Shown here: positions 1 to 9,624 of the stretch, piece after piece | How positions within the stretch are numbered: position 1 is the stretch's first letter | Layout of the letters: each line of letters starts with the position of its first letter | Origin: a virus | Strand: one strand, 5' to 3' | Length of the DNA stretch: 31,956 nucleotides | Virus record (IMG/VR): IMGVR_UViG_3300027836_000001 | Program-made: the position numbers and the translations under genes | The notes under the pieces: model-generated | Databases searched by the model: none | The model's input: only the letters and a program-made list of their open reading frames with translations | Told to the model about the DNA's origin: nothing

Positions 1-127
1 AAACTACAGCAAATACTGTAGGAAATAGCAGTTCAATATTTGGAACAACTTCAGTTGGCGGTGGAGCGGGCGGAGCAACCGGTGTTGGCCAGGCCGGCGG
101 CGCGGCTGGTGGTGGTGGTGGCGCTGC
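1..127. repeat. 127-bp exact terminal duplication, left copy (identical to 31830-31956). Most likely an assembly overlap of a circular or permuted genome.
   Basis: Direct comparison: the string aaactacagcaaatactgtagg...ggtggtggtggcgctgc occurs at 1-127 and at 31830-31956. The reading frame is continuous across the join. Confidence 0.9.
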
Positions 128-1163
128 TAATACTTCTGGTCTTGGAGAATCAGCAGGAGGTACTGGAACATTTGGTGGTGGACTGGCAAGAATTAATAAT
201 AGTAACTTCCTCGGTGGTGGCGGTGGTGGTGGATCAAATACTGCCGCTGGTGGAGCCGCTGGTGGAACAGCCGGTGCTGGAACTGGAGTAGGCGGTATTG
301 GTGCCAACGGTGTTACTGTTACAGGTTTTAGTAGTAGTTCAGAAGTATTTGGTGGTGGCGGTGGCGGTTCTGGATCAAGTAGTGGTGGCAGTGGTGGCAC
401 AGGCGGAGGCGGAGGCGCAAGTACTGGTAATGGAACTGCTGGAACTGCGAATACTGGCGGTGGCGGTGGCGGATCTGCTTCGGGCGGATCTGCTAGCACC
501 GTGGCAGCAGGTGGTTCTGGAGTTGTTAAAGTCCGATATCCAATTGACCCAGCAGTATTCGCAGTTGTAGGATTCATTTCAAGTAATGTTACTTCAGGTG
601 CTACCATTACCATACCTACAATACAAGCAGGTGATTTAGTATTCTTCTTTTCAATGGGATCAGCAGGTACAACGGCACCAACGGCAATTGCTCCAAGTGG
701 TTGGACAGCAATTGGTAACATTAGTACTAATAGCACTATAGCAATACGCCAACAAAGTTTTTATAAAATTATGGACGGAAGTGAGTCTGGAACAAGCCTT
801 ACTACTTTGGCCGGAGCCAATGGTAGACAATCTCGCCTTTGGATCTATAGACCAAATAAAGCCATTACAACAGTTACTATTAGTAGCCTTGCTCAACAAG
901 CAAGTATTAGCGTACCTACAGCACAATCAAAACCATTGTCAACAACAACTGGACTTTTCTTGTGTTTTGCCCAGCATTCAAGTTATGCTAGTGGTCCTAA
1001 TCCTTCTAGTACATCTACTCCAACCCGAGCATTTGCTGATGGAATTCATACTATTAGATCATTTGAAACTAATTATTCAGGAATTACATGGGTTGATCAA
1101 TCAATTAGTATGACTGACTCAGGTACTAACGCAATGACTTCATTTATTGCTCAAATAGCATAA
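3..1163 (+). CDS. Glycine-rich structural (fibre-like) protein, C-terminal part. It continues from 31511-31829 across the junction, 493 aa in total.
   Basis: Frame 3 is open from base 3 to the TAA at 1161-1163 and is in phase with the ORF starting at 31511. It has long GGxGG/GxGxG tracts, then GGSGVVKVRYP, then a non-repetitive C-terminal domain. The track ORF 501-1163 is only the part after an internal GTG. Confidence 0.8.
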   Translation, partial: TTANTVGNSSSIFGTTSVGGGAGGATGVGQAGGAAGGGGGAANTSGLGESAGGTGTFGGGLARINNSNFLGGGGGGGSNTAAGGAAGGTAGAGTGVGGIGANGVTVTGFSSSSEVFGGGGGGSGSSSGGSGGTGGGGGASTGNGTAGTANTGGGGGGSASGGSASTVAAGGSGVVKVRYPIDPAVFAVVGFISSNVTSGATITIPTIQAGDLVFFFSMGSAGTTAPTAIAPSGWTAIGNISTNSTIAIRQQSFYKIMDGSESGTSLTTLAGANGRQSRLWIYRPNKAITTVTISSLAQQASISVPTAQSKPLSTTTGLFLCFAQHSSYASGPNPSSTSTPTRAFADGIHTIRSFETNYSGITWVDQSISMTDSGTNAMTSFIAQIA

Positions 1164-1173
1164 GGAATAAAAG

Positions 1174-4100
1174 ATGGCAGATTTATATTATTACGAAACA
1201 GGTTACATAGACGAAAGTTATTTTGTCTACACGGCTGATGCTGAAAGTGCCATCAGTGCTATTACTAGTGTATCATGTGATGCTACTGTAATTGCCGGCG
1301 GCGCAATAGTTGAAGGTTCTAGCAGTTGGATGAGCGATAGTTCAATTACTGCCGCAGGTAATGTTACTGCTAGTGGCGAGTCCGCAATGTCTAGTCAGTT
1401 TACTCAGACAGCAATGATTAGCCATATTGAAGGCGCTGATCTGTTTGCTATGAGTAGTGCCGCATTGGCCGCAGAAGTAAGTCGCATTCGTGATAATAAT
1501 ATTGCTGTTTCAAGTGTATTCAGTATTAGTACTGACGCAAGCCGCACTAGAAACTATTCAAGCGAAGATGCCGCAGATTTTACAATCGCAATTGCTAACC
1601 AACGAGTTAGATTTAATGAAGCCGCTTTAGATGCGGCTTTTTCATTGGTTGCGGACAATGTTAGAGTAAGATTTGTCAATGCTGATTTATCTTCAACAAG
1701 TTTAGTTAGTTGTGACGCTGAAAGAATACCTGGTGGAGTTGTAGTAGAAGCCACTGGAGATTTATCTAGTGCTAGTTCTATTACTATTGATAATATTAGA
1801 TTACGTTTGTTTGATATTACGTTATCAACAGCAGTAACACAAACATCTCAACTTGATGGAATTTTAGAGGCGCAATCCAACTTAACATCAACATTTAATC
1901 TATCTGCGACCATTAGTCACATAGAAGGTGCTGATCTAAGTGCGTTTACTGATGCTAGTTTAACTACACAGGCAAATGTAATTGTTGATACTATTGTTAA
2001 TGTATCAAGCGACGCATCTACAACTACACAAGCAAATAGATTAAGAGATATTGTTGCTGATTTATCAACAGCCGTAACACAACAAACTGATGCTAACCGT
2101 TCACGTGATGTTGATAGTTCTATATTGGTTTCAGCCTCAGTCTCTGCTGATGTAAATGAAATTGTTATTCTATCCGCGGCTTTAACAGTTACAGCAGAAG
2201 TTACAGCAATTATTAGTCACATAGAAGGCGCTGATTTAAATGCCTTTAGCAATTGCTCAATCTCCGCAAATGTTAATGTTATACGTCAGTTAGCAGGCTT
2301 ACTAACTAGCAATTCATCTATAAGTGCTAACCTAAGTTCTATTACTGATGTATCTAGCGCATTAACTGTTTCTTTCTCTCAATCAATAATTGCGAATAGA
2401 ATTAAAAATATTAATGCTAATTTAGTATCAACAACTAGTTTACAACCTTTATACTTAAGTTATAAAAATCGCCATAACCACAGTGCTTATATTGTCAATG
2501 AACCTAGTAGTTCTGCTAGATTACGCACAGACAGTTACAAATATGGTTCAGGTAGTTTTTGGTTACGAGGAGCAGAAGTTAGCCAACTTACTACCTTACA
2601 AATTCAAACACTACAAAGTCAAGCAATTGACGCCAATGAAGATTTTTATATCAGCATTTGGATGGACATGGGCAGTACTAGTGCGGCTGCTAACACTTAC
2701 AAAGAATATGTTAACGCAGGTAACTGGAGCCTAGGTTATAAAACAACAGTCAATCAAAATTATCCTAGCGTAACTTATAATGGCACAAGTCACATTGTTG
2801 CTAATGCTTTTATAACTGGCGGATGGAGTCGTTGGGAATTTTTTAGAAGTGGCTCTAATTTAACATTACAATTTACCAATGGCGCTGGAACTGTTACAAG
2901 CAACACAGTCACTTACGCTGGGGCAATCGCCACAGGTACACTTGATTATGTTTGGTTTACTGGTCCCGGCGAAATTGGTACAACTGGCACATACTTTGAT
3001 GAATTCTATATGGCCAAAGGCATCAGTGCTCCAGCCAATTATAAGCCTACTGGAGAAATCTTTGATGGTGCTTTAAGTACTACAGAATTTTTACTACATT
3101 TTAATGAAAACTTTTATGATGATTTATCAGGCCCAATTGAAGCACAAGCCGCATTAACATCATCAACCGCACAGACTGTACAAGCAAAACGTACTGCTGA
3201 GTTAGTTGCTGGCCTCACAGTAACTAATTCATTGTCAGCACAACCAGATAACTTTATCAGAACTGCTAGTGCTAGCCTAAGTGCTAACGGATTTGTTGCT
3301 ACTATTGTGGGCAAGATTATGCCTCAAGTTGCTGATCTTACAAGTTCGTTTAGCCTCAATATCAATGCTGGTAATTTAGTTGTTGGCTCCGCTGGCCTAA
3401 TAGCCAGCACAAGTCTAACAGCACAAGGCCAAGATTTAGATCTAGCCGAGATAACCTTAACAGCCACAACAGCATTGACATTTGAAATCAATGTTGTTAA
3501 GTCCGCACAAGCAAATATAAGTGCCAATGCTGTACAAACTTTAGTACCTGTTAAGACTGCTAGAATTACCAAAACCTTAACTGCTACTTCTAGTTTAACA
3601 GCCAGCGCACTAGATTTAGACTTTGCCACAGCAAACTTAACAAGTTCATTTGCCTTACGTGCTACAGCCAACAGATGGTATCCAAGACCAAATGGATATT
3701 GGGATGCCTCAATTGGTTATCAACCTCAATGGAATAATTGGAGTAAACTACGAGTCCAAGATATTGCTATTGCTCCTAGTAGTTTAACAACTGGCTTTAG
3801 TGAAACACTAGTTAACCTTGGCGGCTATTTGACCATTACAAGAACTTATGCTGTTGGCCCAACACGTAACTATTTGTATATTAATGGCGTTGAATACGAC
3901 ATCTCAGGTGAAATTATTGGTGGCAGTCCAACATTGTATGATTTACAAGCAATTAATGGTGGTACAGGTACTTTTGGTTCTCGATCATTTAGCCTAGATA
4001 GTTTTGATGCTACTACCAGTAAGAGCATAGGCGGATCTATTCCTGCCAATGCTAAGTTTGAGTGGGATCATAGTTTTAAAGTATTGTATTCAACTAGTAA

Positions 4101-5667
4101 TCCAGTTTGGAAAAGAATCTGTACTATTGGAACTTATAGTTTAATCTACAGATCAGTGGCAGGAACTAATTTTGGAGTTACTGATGATGTAACTATCATG
4201 TTGGTAACAACTTTTAACACATCCTTAGGAACTTATAGCGGTGTTATTACAAGTAATTCATTTAGCCTTGCTGTAATTGACGGCGATGTTGGATTTGGTC
4301 CAACATTTACTTTTGCTATGAGCCGTGGCGCTTCAAGCGTAACATTTACAATACAATCTAATTATCTTGGCGAAAATTCTTCAGAATCAATTCCAAGTTT
4401 TATGAACTTAGCATTTAGCAGTATCAGTGCTGGAACTTATTACAGTTATGATAATCCCAACAGTGGTTATTTGATAGTAAAATCCGCCGCATCGGATATA
4501 TTATTCACAGACAACGATTTTAATGAATCTTCAATTGTATCTCAATACCCTTACGTATTAAATGACCAAACTGGCGTATTGGGATTGTATGATGCTTATG
4601 GCAGTTTAGATAGAACAGGATTAGTTAACCAAGCACAAGTGGCATTAACTAGCACTGCGACTCAAACAGTTAATGCTAACAAGTTGATTTCAATGGCAGC
4701 ATCCTTGACATCAAACTTTACACAATCAAGTACAGTAAGAAAGATTGCTAGAACACCTACAGCATTACAAGTAACTGCTACAGCAACTTCAACTGGTAAT
4801 AGAATTAGATTTGGACAAACAGCATTAACAGCAACAGCAACATTATCAGTTACTGCTAAGAAGTACAATGGTTTTGTAGTAACTCAAACATCTACTGCCA
4901 CAGTAAACGCACAGCCATATGACTTTACCAAAGCACAAGCAAACTTAACATCGTCAGTTAGTGTAACACCAACAGTATTACGTATCAAACAGATATCTGC
5001 TGAATTTACAGCATTCTATACAGAATTAACTGCGGCTTATAAAAACGCAACTGGCACTATACTATTAGAAAGTACCAGCGCATTAACTTGTACAGGTGTA
5101 ATAACTGCTGACCAACCGCAGTACATGTTTAGTCAAGTACAAATGACTGCTACAGGTGTTAATACACAATTTGGTGCCGCAAGCATTAGTTCAGCAAGTA
5201 CTTTTAACTTAGTACCAACGTACTTGCGCCGCAACGAAAGCGTAATGACTGTAAGTGCGAACTTAACAGTCAACAACAGCCGTACTAGAAACACATCAAG
5301 TACCTTGCTTGCCCAAGCGTTTGCTTTCCCAGCAACAGACAACAGTAAGATTACTGGTTATAGTGCCGCATGGACTAGTACAAGTCAAATGGTGACCAAT
5401 AACCAAATCTTAAGACTAGCACAGGCTAACTTGTTGAGTACAACAGCAATGCCACTGGTATTTGTTGGTATATTAGTACGCTTTGAAGCCAACTTACAAG
5501 TTAACGGCTTTGTATTGTCCGCAGGTGAAATACTAAACATTGATGAATACTATCAACTGAAGATTCCAAGTGAAACACGAACACTTTGGATCGAACCAGA
5601 ATCCCGCATTTTAAGCATAGATTCTGAAACTCGTGTAAATAAGATTAAAGGATACCCTACACCATGA
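1174..5667 (+). CDS. Giant (1497 aa) fibre/adhesin-like virion protein with repeat modules and a LamG/concanavalin-like domain.
   Basis: Long uninterrupted ORF rich in S/T/A/N. The motif ISHIEGADL occurs three times (nt 1417, 1912, 2212). The central segment (about nt 2467-3030) ends in GTYFDEFYMAKGIS, which resembles the LamG_3 signature. The gene sits inside the fibre cluster. Confidence 0.7.
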   Translation: MADLYYYETGYIDESYFVYTADAESAISAITSVSCDATVIAGGAIVEGSSSWMSDSSITAAGNVTASGESAMSSQFTQTAMISHIEGADLFAMSSAALAAEVSRIRDNNIAVSSVFSISTDASRTRNYSSEDAADFTIAIANQRVRFNEAALDAAFSLVADNVRVRFVNADLSSTSLVSCDAERIPGGVVVEATGDLSSASSITIDNIRLRLFDITLSTAVTQTSQLDGILEAQSNLTSTFNLSATISHIEGADLSAFTDASLTTQANVIVDTIVNVSSDASTTTQANRLRDIVADLSTAVTQQTDANRSRDVDSSILVSASVSADVNEIVILSAALTVTAEVTAIISHIEGADLNAFSNCSISANVNVIRQLAGLLTSNSSISANLSSITDVSSALTVSFSQSIIANRIKNINANLVSTTSLQPLYLSYKNRHNHSAYIVNEPSSSARLRTDSYKYGSGSFWLRGAEVSQLTTLQIQTLQSQAIDANEDFYISIWMDMGSTSAAANTYKEYVNAGNWSLGYKTTVNQNYPSVTYNGTSHIVANAFITGGWSRWEFFRSGSNLTLQFTNGAGTVTSNTVTYAGAIATGTLDYVWFTGPGEIGTTGTYFDEFYMAKGISAPANYKPTGEIFDGALSTTEFLLHFNENFYDDLSGPIEAQAALTSSTAQTVQAKRTAELVAGLTVTNSLSAQPDNFIRTASASLSANGFVATIVGKIMPQVADLTSSFSLNINAGNLVVGSAGLIASTSLTAQGQDLDLAEITLTATTALTFEINVVKSAQANISANAVQTLVPVKTARITKTLTATSSLTASALDLDFATANLTSSFALRATANRWYPRPNGYWDASIGYQPQWNNWSKLRVQDIAIAPSSLTTGFSETLVNLGGYLTITRTYAVGPTRNYLYINGVEYDISGEIIGGSPTLYDLQAINGGTGTFGSRSFSLDSFDATTSKSIGGSIPANAKFEWDHSFKVLYSTSNPVWKRICTIGTYSLIYRSVAGTNFGVTDDVTIMLVTTFNTSLGTYSGVITSNSFSLAVIDGDVGFGPTFTFAMSRGASSVTFTIQSNYLGENSSESIPSFMNLAFSSISAGTYYSYDNPNSGYLIVKSAASDILFTDNDFNESSIVSQYPYVLNDQTGVLGLYDAYGSLDRTGLVNQAQVALTSTATQTVNANKLISMAASLTSNFTQSSTVRKIARTPTALQVTATATSTGNRIRFGQTALTATATLSVTAKKYNGFVVTQTSTATVNAQPYDFTKAQANLTSSVSVTPTVLRIKQISAEFTAFYTELTAAYKNATGTILLESTSALTCTGVITADQPQYMFSQVQMTATGVNTQFGAASISSASTFNLVPTYLRRNESVMTVSANLTVNNSRTRNTSSTLLAQAFAFPATDNSKITGYSAAWTSTSQMVTNNQILRLAQANLLSTTAMPLVFVGILVRFEANLQVNGFVLSAGEILNIDEYYQLKIPSETRTLWIEPESRILSIDSETRVNKIKGYPTP

Positions 5668-6002
5668 CTATAGTTAGAACAGGTTATGAACGCGACACAC
5701 AAGGCAGTTGGATCAGCAAAGATCCTTCAGCCAGATTAATATACAGCATGGACTGGAGTGATTGGTTGCCTACTGGCGCCGTGCTCAGCACAGTCACGTA
5801 TTCATTACAAGTACGTGCCAATGACCCAGCACCATTGGTTAAACAAGCACAGGGCCTAGCAGAAAGCAACACTTGGACTTATGTGGACTTATCGGGCGGA
5901 CAAGTAGGCAAAGTATATACTGTTACTGCCAGTGTAACTACAGATACAGGTGCTACTGATCGCCGTAATTTTAGAATTAAAGTAGAGAACCGTTCAGCAT
6001 GA
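5664..6002 (+). CDS. Small conserved phage protein (112 aa), probably virion or fibre associated.
   Basis: ATGA overlaps at both ends. The motif KDPSARLIYSMDWSDWL matches a KDP..L.Y..DWS.WL pattern that I recall from small phage structural-region proteins. This is recollection, not a search result. Confidence 0.55.
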   Translation: MTIVRTGYERDTQGSWISKDPSARLIYSMDWSDWLPTGAVLSTVTYSLQVRANDPAPLVKQAQGLAESNTWTYVDLSGGQVGKVYTVTASVTTDTGATDRRNFRIKVENRSA

Positions 6003-6400
6003 TAGTTGAAGCAGAAGGCACACTACAGCCGCCTAATCCAAGTAAAACAGGACCCAAGCCCAAAGAACTTGTTACTGCTGAGTATCAAGGAATCCCTGTT
6101 GGCCGCGATAAGAAGGTCATAGACCCAGAAGAAGTAGAAAAACTAGCGGGCATTGGCTGTAAAGATAGTGAGATTGCTGACTGGTTTGGCATCAAGCAAG
6201 ACACCTTGCGATACAATTTTGCGGATCAACTTACAAAAGGCCGCGAGCACTTGAAGCAGTCATTACGCAGGGCACAGTTAAGCCTAGCACTAAGTGGCAA
6301 TGCTGTCATGCTCATATGGCTAGGCAAGAACATACTTGGGCAAAGTGATACAGGTGTTAACAGCGACACTAACCAACCACTACCTTGGAGCGATGAATAA
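5999..6400 (+). CDS. terS: Terminase small subunit.
   Basis: 133 aa and located upstream of the large terminase. It has an HTH-like segment (DSEIADWFGIKQDTLRYNF) and a C-terminal GNAVMLIWLGKNILGQSD motif typical of small terminases. Confidence 0.75.
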   Translation: MIVEAEGTLQPPNPSKTGPKPKELVTAEYQGIPVGRDKKVIDPEEVEKLAGIGCKDSEIADWFGIKQDTLRYNFADQLTKGREHLKQSLRRAQLSLALSGNAVMLIWLGKNILGQSDTGVNSDTNQPLPWSDE

Positions 6401-6672
6401 TGGCCACAACTAATGAGCGTGTAGCAGTGCTGGAAACCAAGGTAGATGAACTGAAAGAAACAGTTCGTGCTAATGACGCAGAACTTAAACAAGAACTAAA
6501 GAAAATGTACGATGCTTCATGCTCACAGCATGCCAAACTCAGTGATGATATTGATGACTTAAAAACATTCCGTAACAGCACTATGGCCAAGATTGCCACA
6601 GCGGCTGTGATACTAGGTCCAATTATAGGCTATTTGGCTAATCACATTGACTGGGCAACCATTTTAAAATAA
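6400..6672 (+). CDS. Coiled-coil protein (90 aa) with a single C-terminal transmembrane helix.
   Basis: TAATG coupling at both ends. The N-terminus is charged and heptad-like (VAVLETKVDELKETV). The hydrophobic stretch MAKIATAAVILGPIIGYLANHI lies near the C-terminus. Confidence 0.6.
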   Translation: MATTNERVAVLETKVDELKETVRANDAELKQELKKMYDASCSQHAKLSDDIDDLKTFRNSTMAKIATAAVILGPIIGYLANHIDWATILK

Positions 6673-7910
6673 TGCCCTTAAGCCTAGCACAAGATACCAT
6701 TGCTAATGATACGCACCGTTTTCGTGTAGTAGTAGCAGGACGGCGCTTTGGTAAGACACACCTTAGCATCCGTGAACTATGTTACCACGCCCGTAAGCCC
6801 ATGAGTGAAGTATGGTACGTAGCACCTACATATAGACAAGCCAAGCAGATTGTTTGGCGCAAACTCAAGCACAAACTACAAGACTTAAAGTGGACACAGA
6901 AGGTTAACGAAAGTGAACTTACTATCACACTTAAGAATGGATCTAACATTAGCCTTAAGGGCGCGGACAATGCTGACAGCCTACGTGGTATTGGACTTGA
7001 CATGTTGGTCCTAGATGAGTTTGCTGACATAGATCCAGAAGCATGGTATGAAGTACTGCGTCCAACACTAGCAGACAAACAGGGCAAGGCTTTGTTCATT
7101 GGTACTCCAAAAGGTATGGGCAACTGGGCGCATGATTTGTACACCATGCCATTAGAACAGCCCGGGCAGTGGGCCAGTTTCCAATATACCACTATAGAAG
7201 GCGGCAATGTTAAGCCAGAAGAAATAGAAGCCGCACGCCAAGACTTAGATGAACGCACATTTCGCCAAGAGTTTTTGGCTACATTTGAAACATACGCAGG
7301 CAGGATTTATTACGCATTTGATCGCAAAGACAATTGCTTACCTCCCAAGACAATAGACTTATCAATAATTTACATAGGCATGGACTTTAACATAGATCCC
7401 ATGTCAGCAGTAATAGCAGTACGTCAGGGAGATAATTTGTATGTCATCGATGAAATCCGTATGTTTTCTTCTAACACCGCCGAAATTGTGGATGAAATTA
7501 AAAGCAGATATGGCCGTAGTAAAGTCTTCGTCTATCCAGATCCAGCCGGAGCCGCACGAAAAAGTTCGGCTGGCGGCACTACTGACCACACAATACTCGC
7601 CAACGGTGGCTTTATCGTTAAAGCACCCAGAAGCCACACCCCAGTCCGTGATAGAATAAATGCTGTTAACAGCCGTTTGAAAGACAGCACAGGCATTCGA
7701 CACCTGTTTATCCATCCTAAGTGTAAATATACGATAGAAGGTTTAGAACGACATACGTACAAGGAAGGCTCAAGCCAACCTGATAAAGACAGTGGTTACG
7801 ACCACATGATGGACGCACTTGGTTACATGGTTGATTACTTGTTCCCAGTGCGTAAAGATACAAGCGACATTGTACAGCCAAGACGCTGGACACATAATAT
7901 CGGAGCATAA
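6672..7910 (+). CDS. terL: Terminase large subunit.
   Basis: Walker A-like VVVAGRRFGKTH and Walker B-like MLVLDEFADI. Nuclease-domain acidic motifs are GMDFN, YPDPAG and DHMMDALGY. Size is 412 aa. Confidence 0.9.
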   Translation: MPLSLAQDTIANDTHRFRVVVAGRRFGKTHLSIRELCYHARKPMSEVWYVAPTYRQAKQIVWRKLKHKLQDLKWTQKVNESELTITLKNGSNISLKGADNADSLRGIGLDMLVLDEFADIDPEAWYEVLRPTLADKQGKALFIGTPKGMGNWAHDLYTMPLEQPGQWASFQYTTIEGGNVKPEEIEAARQDLDERTFRQEFLATFETYAGRIYYAFDRKDNCLPPKTIDLSIIYIGMDFNIDPMSAVIAVRQGDNLYVIDEIRMFSSNTAEIVDEIKSRYGRSKVFVYPDPAGAARKSSAGGTTDHTILANGGFIVKAPRSHTPVRDRINAVNSRLKDSTGIRHLFIHPKCKYTIEGLERHTYKEGSSQPDKDSGYDHMMDALGYMVDYLFPVRKDTSDIVQPRRWTHNIGA

Positions 7911-7916
7911 AGCACA

Positions 7917-9410
7917 ATGGAAACAACGCAAACAAGCCTGGAACGATACTTAAGTATCGTTAGTACTAATCAAATGTTCAACGACTATCAAAAGCGTTGG
8001 CAGTTTTACCTTGAGTCATACTTGGGCGGTGAAGAGTACAGACAAGCAGGCCATTTAGTACAATACCAATTAGAAACTACAAGAGAGTACAAAGCACGAT
8101 TAGACAGCACCCCGCTGGATAACCATTGTAAATCAATCATTTCGACTTATGTTAGTTTCTTATTCCGTCAATGCCCTGAGCGTGAGTTTGGTTCGCTTGA
8201 ATATAACCCCATGACTGAAGACTTTTGTTATGATGCTGACTTAGAAGGCCGTAGCCTAGACGCATTTATGAAAGATGCGGCCATATGGGCAGGTGTGTTT
8301 GGACATTGCTGGGTATTGGTCACACGCCCTGCTGTGGGTGCCGCTACATTGGCTGACCAAATCCAAATGGGTAGCAGACCTTATGTAAACTTGTTGACTC
8401 CACTGACTGTGCTGGATTGGAAGTGGACACGTAGCCCAACTGGCCGTTATGAATTAACCTACATGAAGTACATTGAAGAAGTCAACGACACACTCAGTAC
8501 TATTAAAGAATGGACAGCAGATACCATTACAACTACCGTAGTAGACCACAAGCAACGTAGGCCTGTAGAAGAATACGTAGAAGTTAACGGCTTGGGTATG
8601 GTGCCAGCAGTACAGATCTATAGCACACGCAGTCCTGTACGTGGCATTGGCTCAAGCGACTTAAGTGACATTGCTGACCAACAACGTGCTATCTACAATG
8701 AGTACAGTGAAATTGAACAGTTGATCCGTTTACAAAACCATCCAGCATTGGTTAAAACAGCAGACACTGAAGCAGGTGCTGGCGCTGGCGCAATCATCAT
8801 GATGCCAGACAACATTGATCCAGGATTAAAGCCATTCTTGTTAGAGCCTGCGGGCAATGGGCTTGGCCATATCTATGATAGCATTGCGGCTCGTGTTGCG
8901 GCTATTGATAAAATGGCACATACCTCAGGTGTCCGAACTACTAAAACACAAAGTGCCAGCGGTGTAGCACTACAAACCGAATTTGCTTTGTTAAACAGTA
9001 AACTAAGTGAAAAGGCTGATCAATTAGAACTTGCTGAAGAACAAATATGGGACTTGTTTGCCGCTTACATGGGCACAACCTTTGATGGCGAGGTCAAATA
9101 TCCAGACTCATTCGATGTACGTGATGAGCAACAAGACTTTGTTAACCTTAAGATGGCCAAAGAAACTGCCACTGACCCGCGTGTACTAGCAGTAGTTGAT
9201 CGCGAAATTCTTGAATTACTAGGTGAAGATCCAGACTTATTGTTGCCTGGGCCAGAGTATTTGCCTGCTGAACAATTGCCAGCAGAAGTTTACTTTGAAC
9301 CACACATCATGGTTGATCCAGAGACTGAAAAAGAGTACATTGCCCGCACAGAGCAAGAGCACCTTGACTACATGGCACTAGGCTATGTACACAAACCGGA
9401 GGAATATTAA
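7917..9410 (+). CDS. Portal protein.
   Basis: 497 aa, immediately after terL. The N-terminal YLESYLGGEEY...REYKARLDSTPLDNH pattern resembles DUF4055/T7-like portals as I recall them. Confidence 0.75.
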   Translation: METTQTSLERYLSIVSTNQMFNDYQKRWQFYLESYLGGEEYRQAGHLVQYQLETTREYKARLDSTPLDNHCKSIISTYVSFLFRQCPEREFGSLEYNPMTEDFCYDADLEGRSLDAFMKDAAIWAGVFGHCWVLVTRPAVGAATLADQIQMGSRPYVNLLTPLTVLDWKWTRSPTGRYELTYMKYIEEVNDTLSTIKEWTADTITTTVVDHKQRRPVEEYVEVNGLGMVPAVQIYSTRSPVRGIGSSDLSDIADQQRAIYNEYSEIEQLIRLQNHPALVKTADTEAGAGAGAIIMMPDNIDPGLKPFLLEPAGNGLGHIYDSIAARVAAIDKMAHTSGVRTTKTQSASGVALQTEFALLNSKLSEKADQLELAEEQIWDLFAAYMGTTFDGEVKYPDSFDVRDEQQDFVNLKMAKETATDPRVLAVVDREILELLGEDPDLLLPGPEYLPAEQLPAEVYFEPHIMVDPETEKEYIARTEQEHLDYMALGYVHKPEEY

Positions 9411-9411
9411 T

Positions 9412-9465
9412 ATGGCTTATGGAAAAAAGAAAGGTGGCGGTAAGAAACCACCTAAGAAGTACTAA
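9412..9465 (+). CDS. 17-aa lysine-rich micro-ORF (MAYGKKKGGGKKPPKKY).
   Basis: GGAGGA at 9398-9403 lies 8 nt upstream of the ATG. The ORF is too short for the supplied ORF track. Confidence 0.35.
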   Translation: MAYGKKKGGGKKPPKKY

Positions 9466-9474
9466 GGATTAATC

Positions 9475-9624
9475 ATGCCAGTTCACAAAGCAACAGGCCC
9501 GCGTGGCGGCAAAGGTTGGCAGTACGGCACTACAGGTAAAGTATATCCTACCCGTGCTGGTGCTGTTCGCCAAGCACAGGCTATCAAAGCCAGCCAAGCA
9601 AGTACTAAACAGAAGAAAAAATAA
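9475..9624 (+). CDS. 49-aa basic small protein (MPVHKATGPRGGKGWQYGTTGKVYPTRAGAVRQAQAIKAS...).
   Basis: AAGGA lies 6 nt upstream of the ATG. The GGKGW.YG..GKVY...AGA..QA.AI pattern resembles a small conserved phage protein family that I recall near head genes. Confidence 0.55.
   Translation: MPVHKATGPRGGKGWQYGTTGKVYPTRAGAVRQAQAIKASQASTKQKKK

Noticed and set aside
1-127. Interpreting the 127-bp end repeat as a biological direct terminal repeat or LTR-like feature.
   Set aside because: Exact identity, a position exactly at both window ends, and an ORF reading through the join all fit an assembly circularisation overlap better. The true termini cannot be inferred from this sequence.
40-570. The + strand track ORFs 40-291 and 298-570, whose translations are rich in L/V/A/Q.
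   Set aside because: They are frame-1 shadows of the GGN-rich glycine-rich gene, which is in frame 3. Frame 3 is open from base 3 and continuous with the ORF at 31511. The shadow translations are low-complexity with no start context.
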